64,000 bases of DNA from a virus. Lineage: Duplodnaviria > Caudoviricetes. Each line of letters begins with the position of its first letter. The stretch's first letter is position 1. The stretch lies in the IMG/VR virus record IMGVR_UViG_3300042997_000909, positions 1 to 64,000 of that record. The stretch is one strand, 5' to 3'. The position numbers were made by a program, and so were the translations under genes. This document shows positions 31,341 through 41,225 of this stretch, piece by piece. The notes under the pieces were generated by a model that saw nothing but the letters and a program-made list of their open reading frames with translations, had not been told where the DNA came from and searched no databases.

Positions 31341-31370
31341 TCCCCCAGTGATGGGGGATTTTCGTTTTTT
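31341..31370 (+). terminator. Intrinsic terminator of the lysis operon
   Basis: TCCCCCA-GTGA-TGGGGGA followed by TTTTCGTTTTTT. Confidence 0.85.
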
Positions 31371-31375
31371 ACAGG

Positions 31376-31555
31376 TTACTTTTCCTTTTTGTATTCCTCA
31401 TCGCGCTTTCTTAACGCTTCAATTCCAATAGATATATTGTATTTGTACTTTAAGAATCTTCTGAGAAACTCTAATTTGTTGTGAGAACTTTTGTGTCTCA
31501 TAACTGCATAATAAGAATCTTTTATTATGTCGTTAAGCAATCCTACTGTCTTCAT
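31376..31555 (-). CDS. 59-aa hypothetical protein (not in ORF track)
   Basis: MKTVGLLNDIIKDSYYAVMRHKSSHNKLEFLRRFLKYKYNISIGIEALRKRDEEYKKEK; fills the gap to the terminator. Confidence 0.6.
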   Translation of the reverse strand: MKTVGLLNDIIKDSYYAVMRHKSSHNKLEFLRRFLKYKYNISIGIEALRKRDEEYKKEK

Positions 31556-32360
31556 AGTCTAGTTCATTAAGTACGTCATCAATTGTTTCCACAGCCTCAT
31601 ACTCTTCTACAACCTCAGTAATGTCTACTTCAGGTTCTAAATCAAGCATGTTAGAGAACACCTCATGCACTTTTAACTGATCTTCCATCCAAGTAGATGG
31701 GTGAGAATCTTTAAGAGCTAATGTGATGTGGTTATACAATGCCCATGCAGAGTCTGTGTCAACCTTGTAGTCAAAAGACGGTTTAGCCATCTCTTTCTTA
31801 ATACTATTCAATTGCATAGTGTTAAGTACCTCTTTTTTAAAGAACAATTCACCAACAAGATCATGCTGCGCTGTGCTTGATAACAGTATTTCTTTCATAG
31901 AATTCTTATGTTCTACCAAAGATTCCCAGTACTCACCAGCATTATTGATATAATCACTGATGATACCTTCTGCTAAAAGGTCTGCTGCACCTTTGTGCAC
32001 ACGTTTAAATTTGCCAAATTTGTTGTTGTTCAACATCATACCATTCATACAAACTTTTACAAGACCACCTAGATTGAATCTAAATGCTAATTGTTTGTTG
32101 TATGAATTAGTAAAATTAGCAGATAACTCAATATCTGGATCTGCTTTGTAATTCAATCTTAATGCACCTAAAGCAATTTGCCCATCATTAGTACATCTAT
32201 AGTCTTCTCCTGTGATAATAAAACCAGCACTGGTTATTTCACTTCTCACACGATTAATCACACTTGCATGCGAGATAGGTGTGTAAGTATCTGTTTTCTC
32301 TGGCAATGCAGTAGATAAGATTTTTGCATAGGCATCCATGCCACTTACTGTTCTTTTCAT
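31533..32360 (-). CDS. DUF932-like protein
   Basis: LPEKTDTYTPISH, NSYNK, VCMNGM, H.G and SAWALYNHIT motifs recalled for this family. Confidence 0.65.
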   Translation of the reverse strand: MKRTVSGMDAYAKILSTALPEKTDTYTPISHASVINRVRSEITSAGFIITGEDYRCTNDGQIALGALRLNYKADPDIELSANFTNSYNKQLAFRFNLGGLVKVCMNGMMLNNNKFGKFKRVHKGAADLLAEGIISDYINNAGEYWESLVEHKNSMKEILLSSTAQHDLVGELFFKKEVLNTMQLNSIKKEMAKPSFDYKVDTDSAWALYNHITLALKDSHPSTWMEDQLKVHEVFSNMLDLEPEVDITEVVEEYEAVETIDDVLNELDYEDSRIA

Positions 32361-34342
32361 AATTCTAATTTTAATTGTTGATATAAGTTTGTTGGAATCA
32401 CTTCAGATGTACTTTCAATTTTCTTGATTTCATCATAAATTTTGGTCAAGTAATACTTCTCATCTATATGATAATCTTCCCAAGAACGCATTTCTGCCTT
32501 GTTGAATATTGTCTGTAGTATGGGGCCACTTTCTAATTGTATCTGTCTTCCATCAGGATTACACTTAACAATCTTTGTACCTTTCTTAGATACAAAATAT
32601 CTGACAAGTTTTTGAAGTTTACGCTCATAATATTCACCAGCGTCTATTCCTTTTTCAATAAAATACCAGTCTCCTTTTATTTTGGAGCCAGTGCAATAGT
32701 CAAATATGTTTCTGTTGCTTTGAAGATATTCTTTTGGATCAGTACCATTTACAAAATACTCATACCACGCTTTTGGTACTACAAGATTAGACTTGTTCTT
32801 ATGTAAAGGAAGTTCTTCAAATTCAAACCTACCTTTACATTTTGTTTTACCATCTGCGTAAACAGCAATATAATTGTTCACGTCACCAATAATCATCTTC
32901 TGATATTCAACAGACTCAAGTTGCAGTTGTGTTAAGTCTTCCCATTCTTTGCATATCTGAAAGAACAACTCTTCATCTTTTTCATCTATGTCAAATTCCA
33001 AACCATCTGTATTTTGCATCAGTGGTTTAGCATTTGGAATACGCGTTGTTATCATCTCATACAGCATGGATAAAAGCAACTGGCCATTTACAGTGATTCT
33101 GAAAGTTAATTCAGGATCATACAGAAATGAATACTTGCTCTTACTTAAACCATAAGTAGAATTCAACACAATCTTGAAAAGATAATTTAAAGGATTTGAC
33201 TTTGGATACTTCTTTCTTTCTTCAAAAAACCATTCATATAACTCACAGAAATCATCTTTTGGTATTTGTGCAGGAGACCATCTGTTTTTAATAGCTAAGT
33301 TAGGATAGTAACTAGTTACATCCACACTCAGAATCTTCCTACCAGGCCCTGGAACATATATACCAGAAGCAGTGCAACCATGGATACCACCTAAAGCATA
33401 ATCAGTAGGTACACCCTTGTGCATCATCCTGTACTTTGGTCCTTTCTTTTTAAGTTCTTCCTCACTACCATCAAGTATTGTTGTATCCACTACTAGGTTC
33501 TTAAACCAGTTATGTACACCAATAAATTCAGGAGTTTCAAACTTTACACAAGGTAGGATTATATCACGTATCACGACATTTTTGCGATAAGTTCGCATGT
33601 CTTTGATAAGCTTCTTGTTCATACCCAACTTGTCAGAAAGAAAGTGAAGAAATATCTCTTTTGAAATCTTAGGTTCACTTGCAGAATACAGATTTACATT
33701 ATAAGTTTCACTCAGCTTAGCACGCAAATTTATTTGCGATACCATCACCTTTGTACCCTTAGAATCTTTCATGTTAAAAATTGCCTTGGTTGACTTAACA
33801 TCATTGATACAATAGTTTACTATCATATCAAGCGTTTCATCGTCAAGCACTCTCTCATAATGAGGGTGAGGCATTTCTTCAACATTATGCCAATCCAATC
33901 CAAACTGAGTCCACTTCAAGGATGTACGCTTAGCGTTACTATCCCAGTGATTTAGTTTGAATATATCAACACATTTTACTGAAAGTTTGAATTCTGGGTA
34001 ATCAAGAAACTCTTTTCTGTCAGATTTACCAATAACATACTGTGCATATTCATACAACCTGTACGCCAAAGCTTCTGCGTCTGCTCGTGAACTGCTGAAC
34101 TCTTCTTCATTTGCTAATATGAACTCAGTAATCTGAGCATCAAATGCAAGATTGTTGTAGCCAAAATGCCAATCACCAGCTTTCTTAGACTCAATGAGAA
34201 ACTTAACAAATTCTGCAGCATCATTTCGCTCTCTGTTTATAACAAAAACCTTTCTCTCTTCAGAGTCATAACTTTCATATACAGCAACAAAACAATTGAC
34301 AATGGTCTCGTAGTCCATTACCCAGAATTCTCTACCTCTCAT
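32357..34342 (-). CDS. polB: Family B DNA polymerase (crAss-like)
   Basis: Exonuclease motifs DYET, GYNNLAFD, YCINDV; polymerase motifs DVTSYYPN, KIVLNSTYG, NTDG. Confidence 0.93.
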   Translation of the reverse strand: MRGREFWVMDYETIVNCFVAVYESYDSEERKVFVINRERNDAAEFVKFLIESKKAGDWHFGYNNLAFDAQITEFILANEEEFSSSRADAEALAYRLYEYAQYVIGKSDRKEFLDYPEFKLSVKCVDIFKLNHWDSNAKRTSLKWTQFGLDWHNVEEMPHPHYERVLDDETLDMIVNYCINDVKSTKAIFNMKDSKGTKVMVSQINLRAKLSETYNVNLYSASEPKISKEIFLHFLSDKLGMNKKLIKDMRTYRKNVVIRDIILPCVKFETPEFIGVHNWFKNLVVDTTILDGSEEELKKKGPKYRMMHKGVPTDYALGGIHGCTASGIYVPGPGRKILSVDVTSYYPNLAIKNRWSPAQIPKDDFCELYEWFFEERKKYPKSNPLNYLFKIVLNSTYGLSKSKYSFLYDPELTFRITVNGQLLLSMLYEMITTRIPNAKPLMQNTDGLEFDIDEKDEELFFQICKEWEDLTQLQLESVEYQKMIIGDVNNYIAVYADGKTKCKGRFEFEELPLHKNKSNLVVPKAWYEYFVNGTDPKEYLQSNRNIFDYCTGSKIKGDWYFIEKGIDAGEYYERKLQKLVRYFVSKKGTKIVKCNPDGRQIQLESGPILQTIFNKAEMRSWEDYHIDEKYYLTKIYDEIKKIESTSEVIPTNLYQQLKLEL

Positions 34343-34794
34343 TACTTTTTCTCTTTTGCTTTCTTAATATTCTCTTTGATTTCAGTCACTTGCTCTTCAG
34401 TATGTGGATACGTACCCAACTCAAATGCTGAATGAAGTATGTCGCTAAATACTTTTGAATCATGATTAACTGCAAATCTTTGGACAAAAGCAACAATGTC
34501 ATTGATGTCTTCAAGGTAGTACTCATAATACGCAGGAATAACCACACGTTGTTCTTGCCATCCTTGGTTTCCATCAGCACGTTTTGTAGGAATAATATCA
34601 CCTTTGTCAGAAAGACGAGGCATCATCATTGGTTTATCCTTACTATCTTTTGAAATAACAGCAAGAATCTTTTGTTCTGGATCAAAGATTGCCTCATTGT
34701 AAGGACAGTCTTTGTGAATTGACATCATGCGAAATGAAGGTTTCTCATTCCATTTAGCAGCGTACACTGCCATGTTAGCTAAACTAGTGTTCAT
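34342..34794 (-). CDS. Hypothetical protein
   Basis: 150 aa; TAATG coupling to polB. Confidence 0.75.
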   Translation of the reverse strand: MNTSLANMAVYAAKWNEKPSFRMMSIHKDCPYNEAIFDPEQKILAVISKDSKDKPMMMPRLSDKGDIIPTKRADGNQGWQEQRVVIPAYYEYYLEDINDIVAFVQRFAVNHDSKVFSDILHSAFELGTYPHTEEQVTEIKENIKKAKEKK

Positions 34795-34811
34795 ATATTT
34801 GTTTTTAAGCG

Positions 34812-35339
34812 TTACAGTTTAAATGTTTCTTTTTCTTTATCATGCTTGTCACAAAGTTCACCAACTTCTTGGAGCATTTGAACATCCACAAGAAGTATCT
34901 CAGCATATTGCTTGAAATACTTTTTAGGAAAAATAAAAGATTCAATATATACCCACTCAGGTGTGTGGATACCATAATAGTCAGATAAGTGCCTTTTGGC
35001 ATTCTGTGAGAATTTTGAATATTTACCTTGTAAAAACAGGTCATAATCATTTCCTACAGGATTCATGTCAAATATGTATGCTACTTTACCATCGCAAAGT
35101 GGCACAACATAATCAAACATTGTGTGTGTCATCAGTTTGTTTTTCTCAAAATTCAACCACTGATCTGTATCTTCTTTTTGGTAAATACAAACTAATTTCC
35201 TTTCAGAGTTTGGAAACTCCTCTGGCCAATGCAGATAAACTTGCACTGGCCTAGGGTCTTTTGTTCGCTTGAAACCAAGCAAAGGATACAAAAAGGTATA
35301 AGATTTTTGAAAGTAATGTTTATACATTTCTTTTATCAT
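34812..35339 (-). CDS. Hypothetical protein
   Basis: 175-aa ORF in the replication operon. Confidence 0.75.
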   Translation of the reverse strand: MIKEMYKHYFQKSYTFLYPLLGFKRTKDPRPVQVYLHWPEEFPNSERKLVCIYQKEDTDQWLNFEKNKLMTHTMFDYVVPLCDGKVAYIFDMNPVGNDYDLFLQGKYSKFSQNAKRHLSDYYGIHTPEWVYIESFIFPKKYFKQYAEILLVDVQMLQEVGELCDKHDKEKETFKL

Positions 35340-36379
35340 AGTACCAATTCATTATTGTTAGCGATAAACTTGTAAGGTAATTCAAAGTTCTTTGTCTCAA
35401 AGTGATACTTAGCCTCATCAAGCATCTTGTCAGTTTCTTCTTCCCACTTGGAAAGTGTTTCATCAGAAATTCTGATAGGAGCAATCTGCATAAATGGATC
35501 CACAACTAAGAATCTAAATACAATCTTGTATCCAAAATACTTAGGTTGAGATGTATACACATGCTCTACTAATTTCTTGTAAATTGCAGCCTGCATCCAG
35601 TACTTAAAGTACTCAATGCTCTCAGGAAATTGTGAAATGCTTTTACCTGTTTTCTTGAGGTCATTTACACGAATCTCTTTTGTAGCATGATCAATTACAA
35701 GATTGTCAACAATACCACGCAAACCAAAATGTGGATTGTCTGCGAATTTAACCAGCTGAATCTCATTGTGTTTTTCAACAGGTGAGAAAGAATCTGCAAA
35801 GAATCCCATTACATCCATAACTGGAACAGTTGATGTAATCTTTTCTACTACAGATTTACAGAAGTCATATACGTCTTGGTCAATAACCACACGTCCTTCT
35901 GCTTTCTTCAAATAATCCCAGTATGCAACATGCTTTGGGATAATCATTTTCTCTACTCTTTGTCCATCTGTTTTAAGAGACTGATAGAGATTGATATCTT
36001 TCAGAACATCAAGGATTGCTCCTGAAAATTCTTCAAGACTTTCACGCGTGTCACCATCTTTTTTTAATTCTTTATAATGATTAAAAATTGTGTGTAACAC
36101 ATTGCGTGGATTGTCACTTGGTAAGTCATCAACGCTTACAACAAATTGATTATCAAAGTCTTCTGGCTTTAATAATAAACAGTGAATGAGAGAACCCTCA
36201 ATCATGTTTTTGTCCATAACGTCTTCTTTTTGTCCTAATACATAGTGTTTATAAAATGCTGCTGGACTGAATGCTAGTTTGCTTAAACCAGAGTAAGACA
36301 TTAAAAAGTCTTTGTCAAAAAATTCTTGTTCCTTCTGAATACGCTCAGAAAGAGTTACTTGTGCTACAAATTTTCCCAT
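35336..36379 (-). CDS. PD-(D/E)XK exonuclease-like protein (RecE/Cas4-like)
   Basis: SYSGLS, GSLIHCLLL, RGIVDNL...DLKKT, YWMQAAIY. Confidence 0.8.
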   Translation of the reverse strand: MGKFVAQVTLSERIQKEQEFFDKDFLMSYSGLSKLAFSPAAFYKHYVLGQKEDVMDKNMIEGSLIHCLLLKPEDFDNQFVVSVDDLPSDNPRNVLHTIFNHYKELKKDGDTRESLEEFSGAILDVLKDINLYQSLKTDGQRVEKMIIPKHVAYWDYLKKAEGRVVIDQDVYDFCKSVVEKITSTVPVMDVMGFFADSFSPVEKHNEIQLVKFADNPHFGLRGIVDNLVIDHATKEIRVNDLKKTGKSISQFPESIEYFKYWMQAAIYKKLVEHVYTSQPKYFGYKIVFRFLVVDPFMQIAPIRISDETLSKWEEETDKMLDEAKYHFETKNFELPYKFIANNNELVL

Positions 36380-36384
36380 AATTT

Positions 36385-36849
36385 CTATTGATTACAATTT
36401 TCCATATCTGATGGAAAGTACTTGCCCATGATGTTACCATTGTAACTGTTAGCAGTTAAAACATCATTCTTCATCTGGTGTGACACTTCACAATATCCTA
36501 GATACTTTTTGGAACAACATACTTCCAAAATCTCACGTTTGAAATAACTTGGTCCTGCAACTTCTAATTCAAATAGAAGCTCATCACATGAACCATAGTA
36601 AGATTTCCAGTTTGATTCTTTTACTACACGCTTAAAAGTTTTTCTAGTCTTTGTCTGCGTTTTCTCTCTATTAGAGATCTTTGTCTTTCTCTCACTGTAT
36701 AGACTTTTTTTACCTATGTAAAATCTTCCAGTAACTGTGTTGGTTATTTTGTAAACAAATCCAACAGCTTCCTCGTAATGTGGCAAGTCTTCTATAGATA
36801 GAATCTCCTTACCTAAACCACCTTGTGGCTTGTAAATCCAATTGTTCAT
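36385..36849 (-). CDS. GIY-YIG family nuclease
   Basis: GFVYKITN...FYIGKK, YYGS, FKREIL, YN motifs; start taken at MNNWIY. Confidence 0.78.
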   Translation of the reverse strand: MNNWIYKPQGGLGKEILSIEDLPHYEEAVGFVYKITNTVTGRFYIGKKSLYSERKTKISNREKTQTKTRKTFKRVVKESNWKSYYGSCDELLFELEVAGPSYFKREILEVCCSKKYLGYCEVSHQMKNDVLTANSYNGNIMGKYFPSDMENCNQ

Positions 36850-36872
36850 AAAGTTGATGCTTAGACGCAAAC

Positions 36873-37877
36873 TTAAGGATTTTTTTTGACATATTTTTCT
36901 ATTGCGTTCTGCAGTTTTGGATAAAAATCATACAGTGCAACTTGTTTACCGTGATGTTTTACAATATCACTTATGTCTTTTTCTCTTGGCAAATATATGA
37001 AAGGCAGATTATGTTCTTCCTCATACTTTTTCATAGATTTTATACCAGCTTCATCGCTATCCATACATGTAATAACATACTTGTAGGCTTCTTTGAATCC
37101 TTCAATCTGTGACAGATTTAATTTAGTGCTCTCACTGTTTGGTGCTACACAATCTATTGTCAAACCTAGACTCTTAATAGTCATCACATCTTTCAATGAT
37201 GACGCCACTACCAATGTATCATGGCCTTCTAGTTGATTAATACCCTGAGTGTAGTTTCCATCTTGTAAAAAGAACTTGAAACGTTTTGCTTTTGGATTAT
37301 ATACCTTGTATAACTTATCCTCATTGAAATAACCATAGATATTGTCACCAAAGTTCTCAATCACATTTGATACTTCACTTGTTTCTGTATTTACTTGCGC
37401 AATCTTGTAATGCTCAAGTGGAACCACTCCATACTTGTTGAGTAAGCTGCTACCAATATTATATTGTAACCAGAATTTTGCATCATACTCATACCAGTTA
37501 CGTACTTTAAAGTCAATTACTGACCATCTTGTATTAACTGCAGTTATTTCTAATGCAATGTATTTACCTGTTTTACAAAATTCATAATAATCGTTGACAA
37601 TTTTCTCACAAGCTTTTTGAAATGAAAGACCATACAGTTCTTCTACAAGCTTAGCACCATCTCCTGATTTACCAGTTGAGTGGCACTTGTATACAATCTT
37701 ATTTGTGACTTGATTATAATACACAAACATTGAAGGAGTTTTGTCATTAACATTGAAAATGCTTTTGACTCTTAGCGATCTGCCAGTGAAATCATGCGGT
37801 AGACCAAGGTAATACTTAAAAATCCATGCATCTGGTACATCTTCTATTGACTTAAAATACTTTCTGCTTGAAAACAT
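36873..37877 (-). CDS. DNA primase (Toprim), crAss-like
   Basis: DKTPSM, GD motif, SSLKDV, APNSE, MDSDEAG (DxD), KDISD. Confidence 0.82.
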   Translation of the reverse strand: MFSSRKYFKSIEDVPDAWIFKYYLGLPHDFTGRSLRVKSIFNVNDKTPSMFVYYNQVTNKIVYKCHSTGKSGDGAKLVEELYGLSFQKACEKIVNDYYEFCKTGKYIALEITAVNTRWSVIDFKVRNWYEYDAKFWLQYNIGSSLLNKYGVVPLEHYKIAQVNTETSEVSNVIENFGDNIYGYFNEDKLYKVYNPKAKRFKFFLQDGNYTQGINQLEGHDTLVVASSLKDVMTIKSLGLTIDCVAPNSESTKLNLSQIEGFKEAYKYVITCMDSDEAGIKSMKKYEEEHNLPFIYLPREKDISDIVKHHGKQVALYDFYPKLQNAIEKYVKKNP

Positions 37878-37881
37878 ACTA

Positions 37882-37889
37882 CAAATCTA
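37882..37889 (-). promoter_or_regulatory. Bacteroidota-type -7 box TAGATTTG
   Basis: Matches TAnnTTTG immediately upstream of the primase ATG. Confidence 0.55.
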
Positions 37890-37890
37890 T

Positions 37891-37924
37891 AAAAAGAAAA
37901 AAGGGTAAGCATTACACTCACCCT
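37891..37924 (-). terminator. Intrinsic terminator (loop UGUAAUG)
   Basis: AGGGTGAG-TGTAATG-CTTACCCT followed by a T tract. Confidence 0.75.
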
Positions 37925-37945
37925 CTTAACTTTTGAAATTATTAC

Positions 37946-38719
37946 TTAGCTACCAAATGGTAACTCAATATCACTTATTGGTGTGTCACCTGGATTAGGA
38001 AAATCATTCATAATTGACTCATCTTGAGATGGCTGTGCAACAGTTGGTTCAAAAGACTGAACTTCTTTTTTCTCTTCTGTTTCTGGCTTATCTTTTGAAG
38101 GAACAATGTGTGCTTCATGATCATACGCGATCAAGTTCAATGATTTTCTGTCATCATCTTCTAATGCAGAGAAAGGATATAGATTCTTGCGAGCTTCTAC
38201 TTTAGGGAAGAACAATCTATAATTTGGTGTACTGTATCCTTCATTGAAATACTCAGCACCTCCAACTGTAAAGTAACCCCACAATTCTGGATCAATAAGA
38301 TACTTGCGTACTTCCATTACATATTCCTCAATAGTATCACCTTCTACACCTTTTTCATTCATTTTCTGAAGAATTCCCATCTGTTTTGCAACATTGTTCA
38401 TCCAGTTGTATATCTGATTGTCTCTTTGGATAACACGTCCCTCATAAGTATACGTGCTAAAAGGATAACGTGCAGATTTCACATTACCAATCTGACCTCT
38501 GTACTTGCCAAGACTTGGATTGTTTTTATCAACATCCAAACCTTCAAACTCATCACCTCTATCAACACCTTCTAATTTGAGGACAACAAAGTAAGCTTCT
38601 TTGTCATATGCAGGTGCATCAAGATAAACATCTGTTATTCTACAATAATGCGTTCCTGGTTGTAAAATTTTAGGAACACCACCGCTTACTTTTTCCTTAA
38701 AATCGCTAGACTTAAACAT
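37946..38719 (-). CDS. Putative single-stranded DNA-binding protein
   Basis: LQPGTHYCRI N-terminus, acidic tail ending ELPFGS, position between AAA ATPase and primase. Confidence 0.55.
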   Translation of the reverse strand: MFKSSDFKEKVSGGVPKILQPGTHYCRITDVYLDAPAYDKEAYFVVLKLEGVDRGDEFEGLDVDKNNPSLGKYRGQIGNVKSARYPFSTYTYEGRVIQRDNQIYNWMNNVAKQMGILQKMNEKGVEGDTIEEYVMEVRKYLIDPELWGYFTVGGAEYFNEGYSTPNYRLFFPKVEARKNLYPFSALEDDDRKSLNLIAYDHEAHIVPSKDKPETEEKKEVQSFEPTVAQPSQDESIMNDFPNPGDTPISDIELPFGS

Positions 38720-38738
38720 AATTTTTCTTTTTTAAATG

Positions 38739-39521
38739 TTAATCAATATAAACTTTATCCCAGTTTGTCACAATCTTGCCATCTGCGTCTGGTTCAGAGA
38801 TGACAATTTCTTGATTTCTCAAGTGCTCAGGGCGTGCGCCACAAGCGATTTCGTCAGTTGTCAAAAAGCTAAGAACGTTCTTTTTACCTTTTCTGTAAAT
38901 GTATCCAATAGCATCTGAGTTGGATGTAGTGATACGCTTTAACTTACCTGTCAAATCAAGATCAAGTGAGTTAAACTCTGCACCATTCTTCTCTAGTAGA
39001 GTATCTTTGATGTGACCAACAAAAATAACATGAGGTGCTAAGGTTTTGACATAATTAAGAACTTTCTCAAAAGCTTGACGTAACCAAGGGTATCCCGCAC
39101 CATTTGGCATATTCAAGATATTGCCATACTGTGCTTTGTGTTTGGTAAACCATTCTTTACCCATAAGAGTTTTTGAATACAATTCTTCTGCATAAGGAAC
39201 ACATAATGTTTCCAACGCAGTAATAGTATCCAACGCAATGTACTTATAAGGTTTACCTGCATCAGTTATCATGTTACCAATAGTAACAATATCTGCTATA
39301 GATTTTGCTTTAAGTTTCATTGCCTCAACATAATCAGTACCATCTTCCAAGTCAATGATAAGACAGTTGTCAAGTTGTGACAACAAAGTTGTTTTACCAA
39401 CTTTAGGTTTACTAAAGATTACAAGATTCTTTGGACTCTTTACTTCAGCTTTTGTTCTATTCATTGGAAGAACAAAACCTGCTGGCTTTGCTTCTGGATG
39501 TTGTTCTTTACTTGTTGACAT
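38739..39521 (-). CDS. AAA_24/Sak4-like ATPase (recombination)
   Basis: SKPKVGKTT Walker A, IIDLEDG, IALDTIT, FVGH. Confidence 0.8.
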   Translation of the reverse strand: MSTSKEQHPEAKPAGFVLPMNRTKAEVKSPKNLVIFSKPKVGKTTLLSQLDNCLIIDLEDGTDYVEAMKLKAKSIADIVTIGNMITDAGKPYKYIALDTITALETLCVPYAEELYSKTLMGKEWFTKHKAQYGNILNMPNGAGYPWLRQAFEKVLNYVKTLAPHVIFVGHIKDTLLEKNGAEFNSLDLDLTGKLKRITTSNSDAIGYIYRKGKKNVLSFLTTDEIACGARPEHLRNQEIVISEPDADGKIVTNWDKVYID

Positions 39522-40143
39522 ACGCTTTGCTTTGTTTGATTAACTCATTTAACCACGTCTTGTTAGACAATGGAATATTGTGCTTGATACAGTAATAGTC
39601 ACGCATAGTCATTGCGCTGTAGTGGGTATCTTCTTTCTCAGAATACATTCCACCAGGAAATAAATCTTCTTCAGTCTCCATCATTACTGCTGGAGCTGGA
39701 ACTTTTACTACCTCTGCATAAGCAGCAGTTACAGATGTACTGTTAACAAGCTCCAAGTCAGTCAACCTAATCGCATAAGTTGTAGACGTTTTACCATCGC
39801 TAGATGTTTCTACTCCTACATACTTTTTAGGATTAAGTGCCCAGTTTGGATTGTTAACCAATCTGTACAATTTTCTAGTACTACGGTCATAGTGCTCTTT
39901 ATCCCAGTCAAACAACTCCACATAGAAGTCTTGACCACAAGATAATTCACTTGTCCAAAAACGTACACATTCTACTCTTTCATCTCCAAACTCTTTTCCC
40001 ATGTAGCAGAGCTTAGCACCAAACTTTGGACTGGAGATGCCCATGTTGGTGAATAAGGTTTGCCAGAAAGGTGCATACTCTGCAGTAATTTCCTTAATGT
40101 GCTTTTCCTTTTTTGGCTCTGATACAGCTTTAAAACTACTCAT
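39508..40143 (-). CDS. Hypothetical protein
   Basis: 211 aa with a C-terminal MTMRDYYCI motif. Confidence 0.72.
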   Translation of the reverse strand: MSSFKAVSEPKKEKHIKEITAEYAPFWQTLFTNMGISSPKFGAKLCYMGKEFGDERVECVRFWTSELSCGQDFYVELFDWDKEHYDRSTRKLYRLVNNPNWALNPKKYVGVETSSDGKTSTTYAIRLTDLELVNSTSVTAAYAEVVKVPAPAVMMETEEDLFPGGMYSEKEDTHYSAMTMRDYYCIKHNIPLSNKTWLNELIKQSKAYVNK

Positions 40144-40163
40144 TTGCTAAAATTTAATTATTA

Positions 40164-41183
40164 CTACTTCGCTTTAAATGGTTCCTTATCAGGTTCATCC
40201 ACTTCAACAATTTCCATTCTTGCATAGTCTGCCTTATACCATTGAATACTTGTCTCTCCAAACCTGTTTTTGAGAACATGCATCGCTAGTAAAAACCTGT
40301 CACTTGCGCCTATGATGTACTTTTGAGGGCCATACCTACTTATGTTATACTTGGCTGGCCTGTTATATGCAACCATGACGTCTGCACATTGTAAGAGATA
40401 GTCGCTTCCAAAGACATCTGCCTCAGTTGGAAAATTCTCCAACTTACCTGGCTTTTGTCTTTCAGCATTGTCAATTTCTCTATTTAACTGAGTAAGAATT
40501 ATGAATGTCACAGGTAGTGAATTCTTCATCTCAGTCAACATTGTGGCAAGATTCTGCAATGTAATTTGTTTACTTGTTTCTGAAGCTGATTGGCGAACCA
40601 ACAGTGTGTGGTCAAGCGTTACCACAAAAGGTTTTTTATGTTCCTCATAAAATTTCACAAGCCAGTGTCTCATTTCTGACACAGTCATTGATCTATCTAT
40701 GACATACTCTTTACGTGTTTTTTGTTTACCAAGATATTCCACTAGTTTTGCGTGATCGCCTTTGGAAAAAGCAGGCATTCCATCATCTTCTGCAGACTGT
40801 AGATATCTAATATCCATGTTGTTTGCTGAAGACAATTCTCTAATACCCATGTTTCTTCCTAGCATTTCAAATTGAAAATGCAAAACCATGAAGTCTTGGT
40901 CAGTATTTAATTCTTGTAACTTTCTGGTTAATGTTGCTGCGACAAGTGTCTTACCAACACCAGGTCTTGCTGCAAGAATATACAATGATTGCCATTCTAT
41001 ACCATTTAAACCTATGGTATTAAATCCTTCCCAAGAAGTTTTGAGGGACTTTATTTCTTTTCTTGCACGTTTCTCAATGTACGCAAGGCTTTCTTCTAGT
41101 ATATCGCTATATTTTCGCCATGGTTTTTGATGAGGCATAGGTGCAGGAGAACCTGGAGAACCAGTCTCAAATTTGTTATACAT
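40164..41183 (-). CDS. dnaB: DnaB-like replicative helicase (C-terminal domain)
   Basis: AARPGVGKT, FEM, LDH, LTQLNR, KNRFG; start taken at MYNKF. Confidence 0.88.
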   Translation of the reverse strand: MYNKFETGSPGSPAPMPHQKPWRKYSDILEESLAYIEKRARKEIKSLKTSWEGFNTIGLNGIEWQSLYILAARPGVGKTLVAATLTRKLQELNTDQDFMVLHFQFEMLGRNMGIRELSSANNMDIRYLQSAEDDGMPAFSKGDHAKLVEYLGKQKTRKEYVIDRSMTVSEMRHWLVKFYEEHKKPFVVTLDHTLLVRQSASETSKQITLQNLATMLTEMKNSLPVTFIILTQLNREIDNAERQKPGKLENFPTEADVFGSDYLLQCADVMVAYNRPAKYNISRYGPQKYIIGASDRFLLAMHVLKNRFGETSIQWYKADYARMEIVEVDEPDKEPFKAK

Positions 41184-41201
41184 AAAGTGAATTTTGATAA
41201 A

Positions 41202-41209
41202 CAAATATA
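41202..41209 (-). promoter_or_regulatory. -7 box TATATTTG upstream of the helicase
   Basis: Exact TAnnTTTG in the intergenic gap. Confidence 0.6.
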
Positions 41210-41225
41210 CTAAAAATATTCTGCA

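Noticed and set aside
26061-34342. Inteins or introns in nrdJ and polB
   Set aside because: Both are compact and continuous, with no intein-like insertion between catalytic motifs.
36385-36849. GIY-YIG gene as an intron-borne homing endonuclease
   Set aside because: Flanking genes are intact and abut it; no intron-like sequence or DNA-binding extension is visible.
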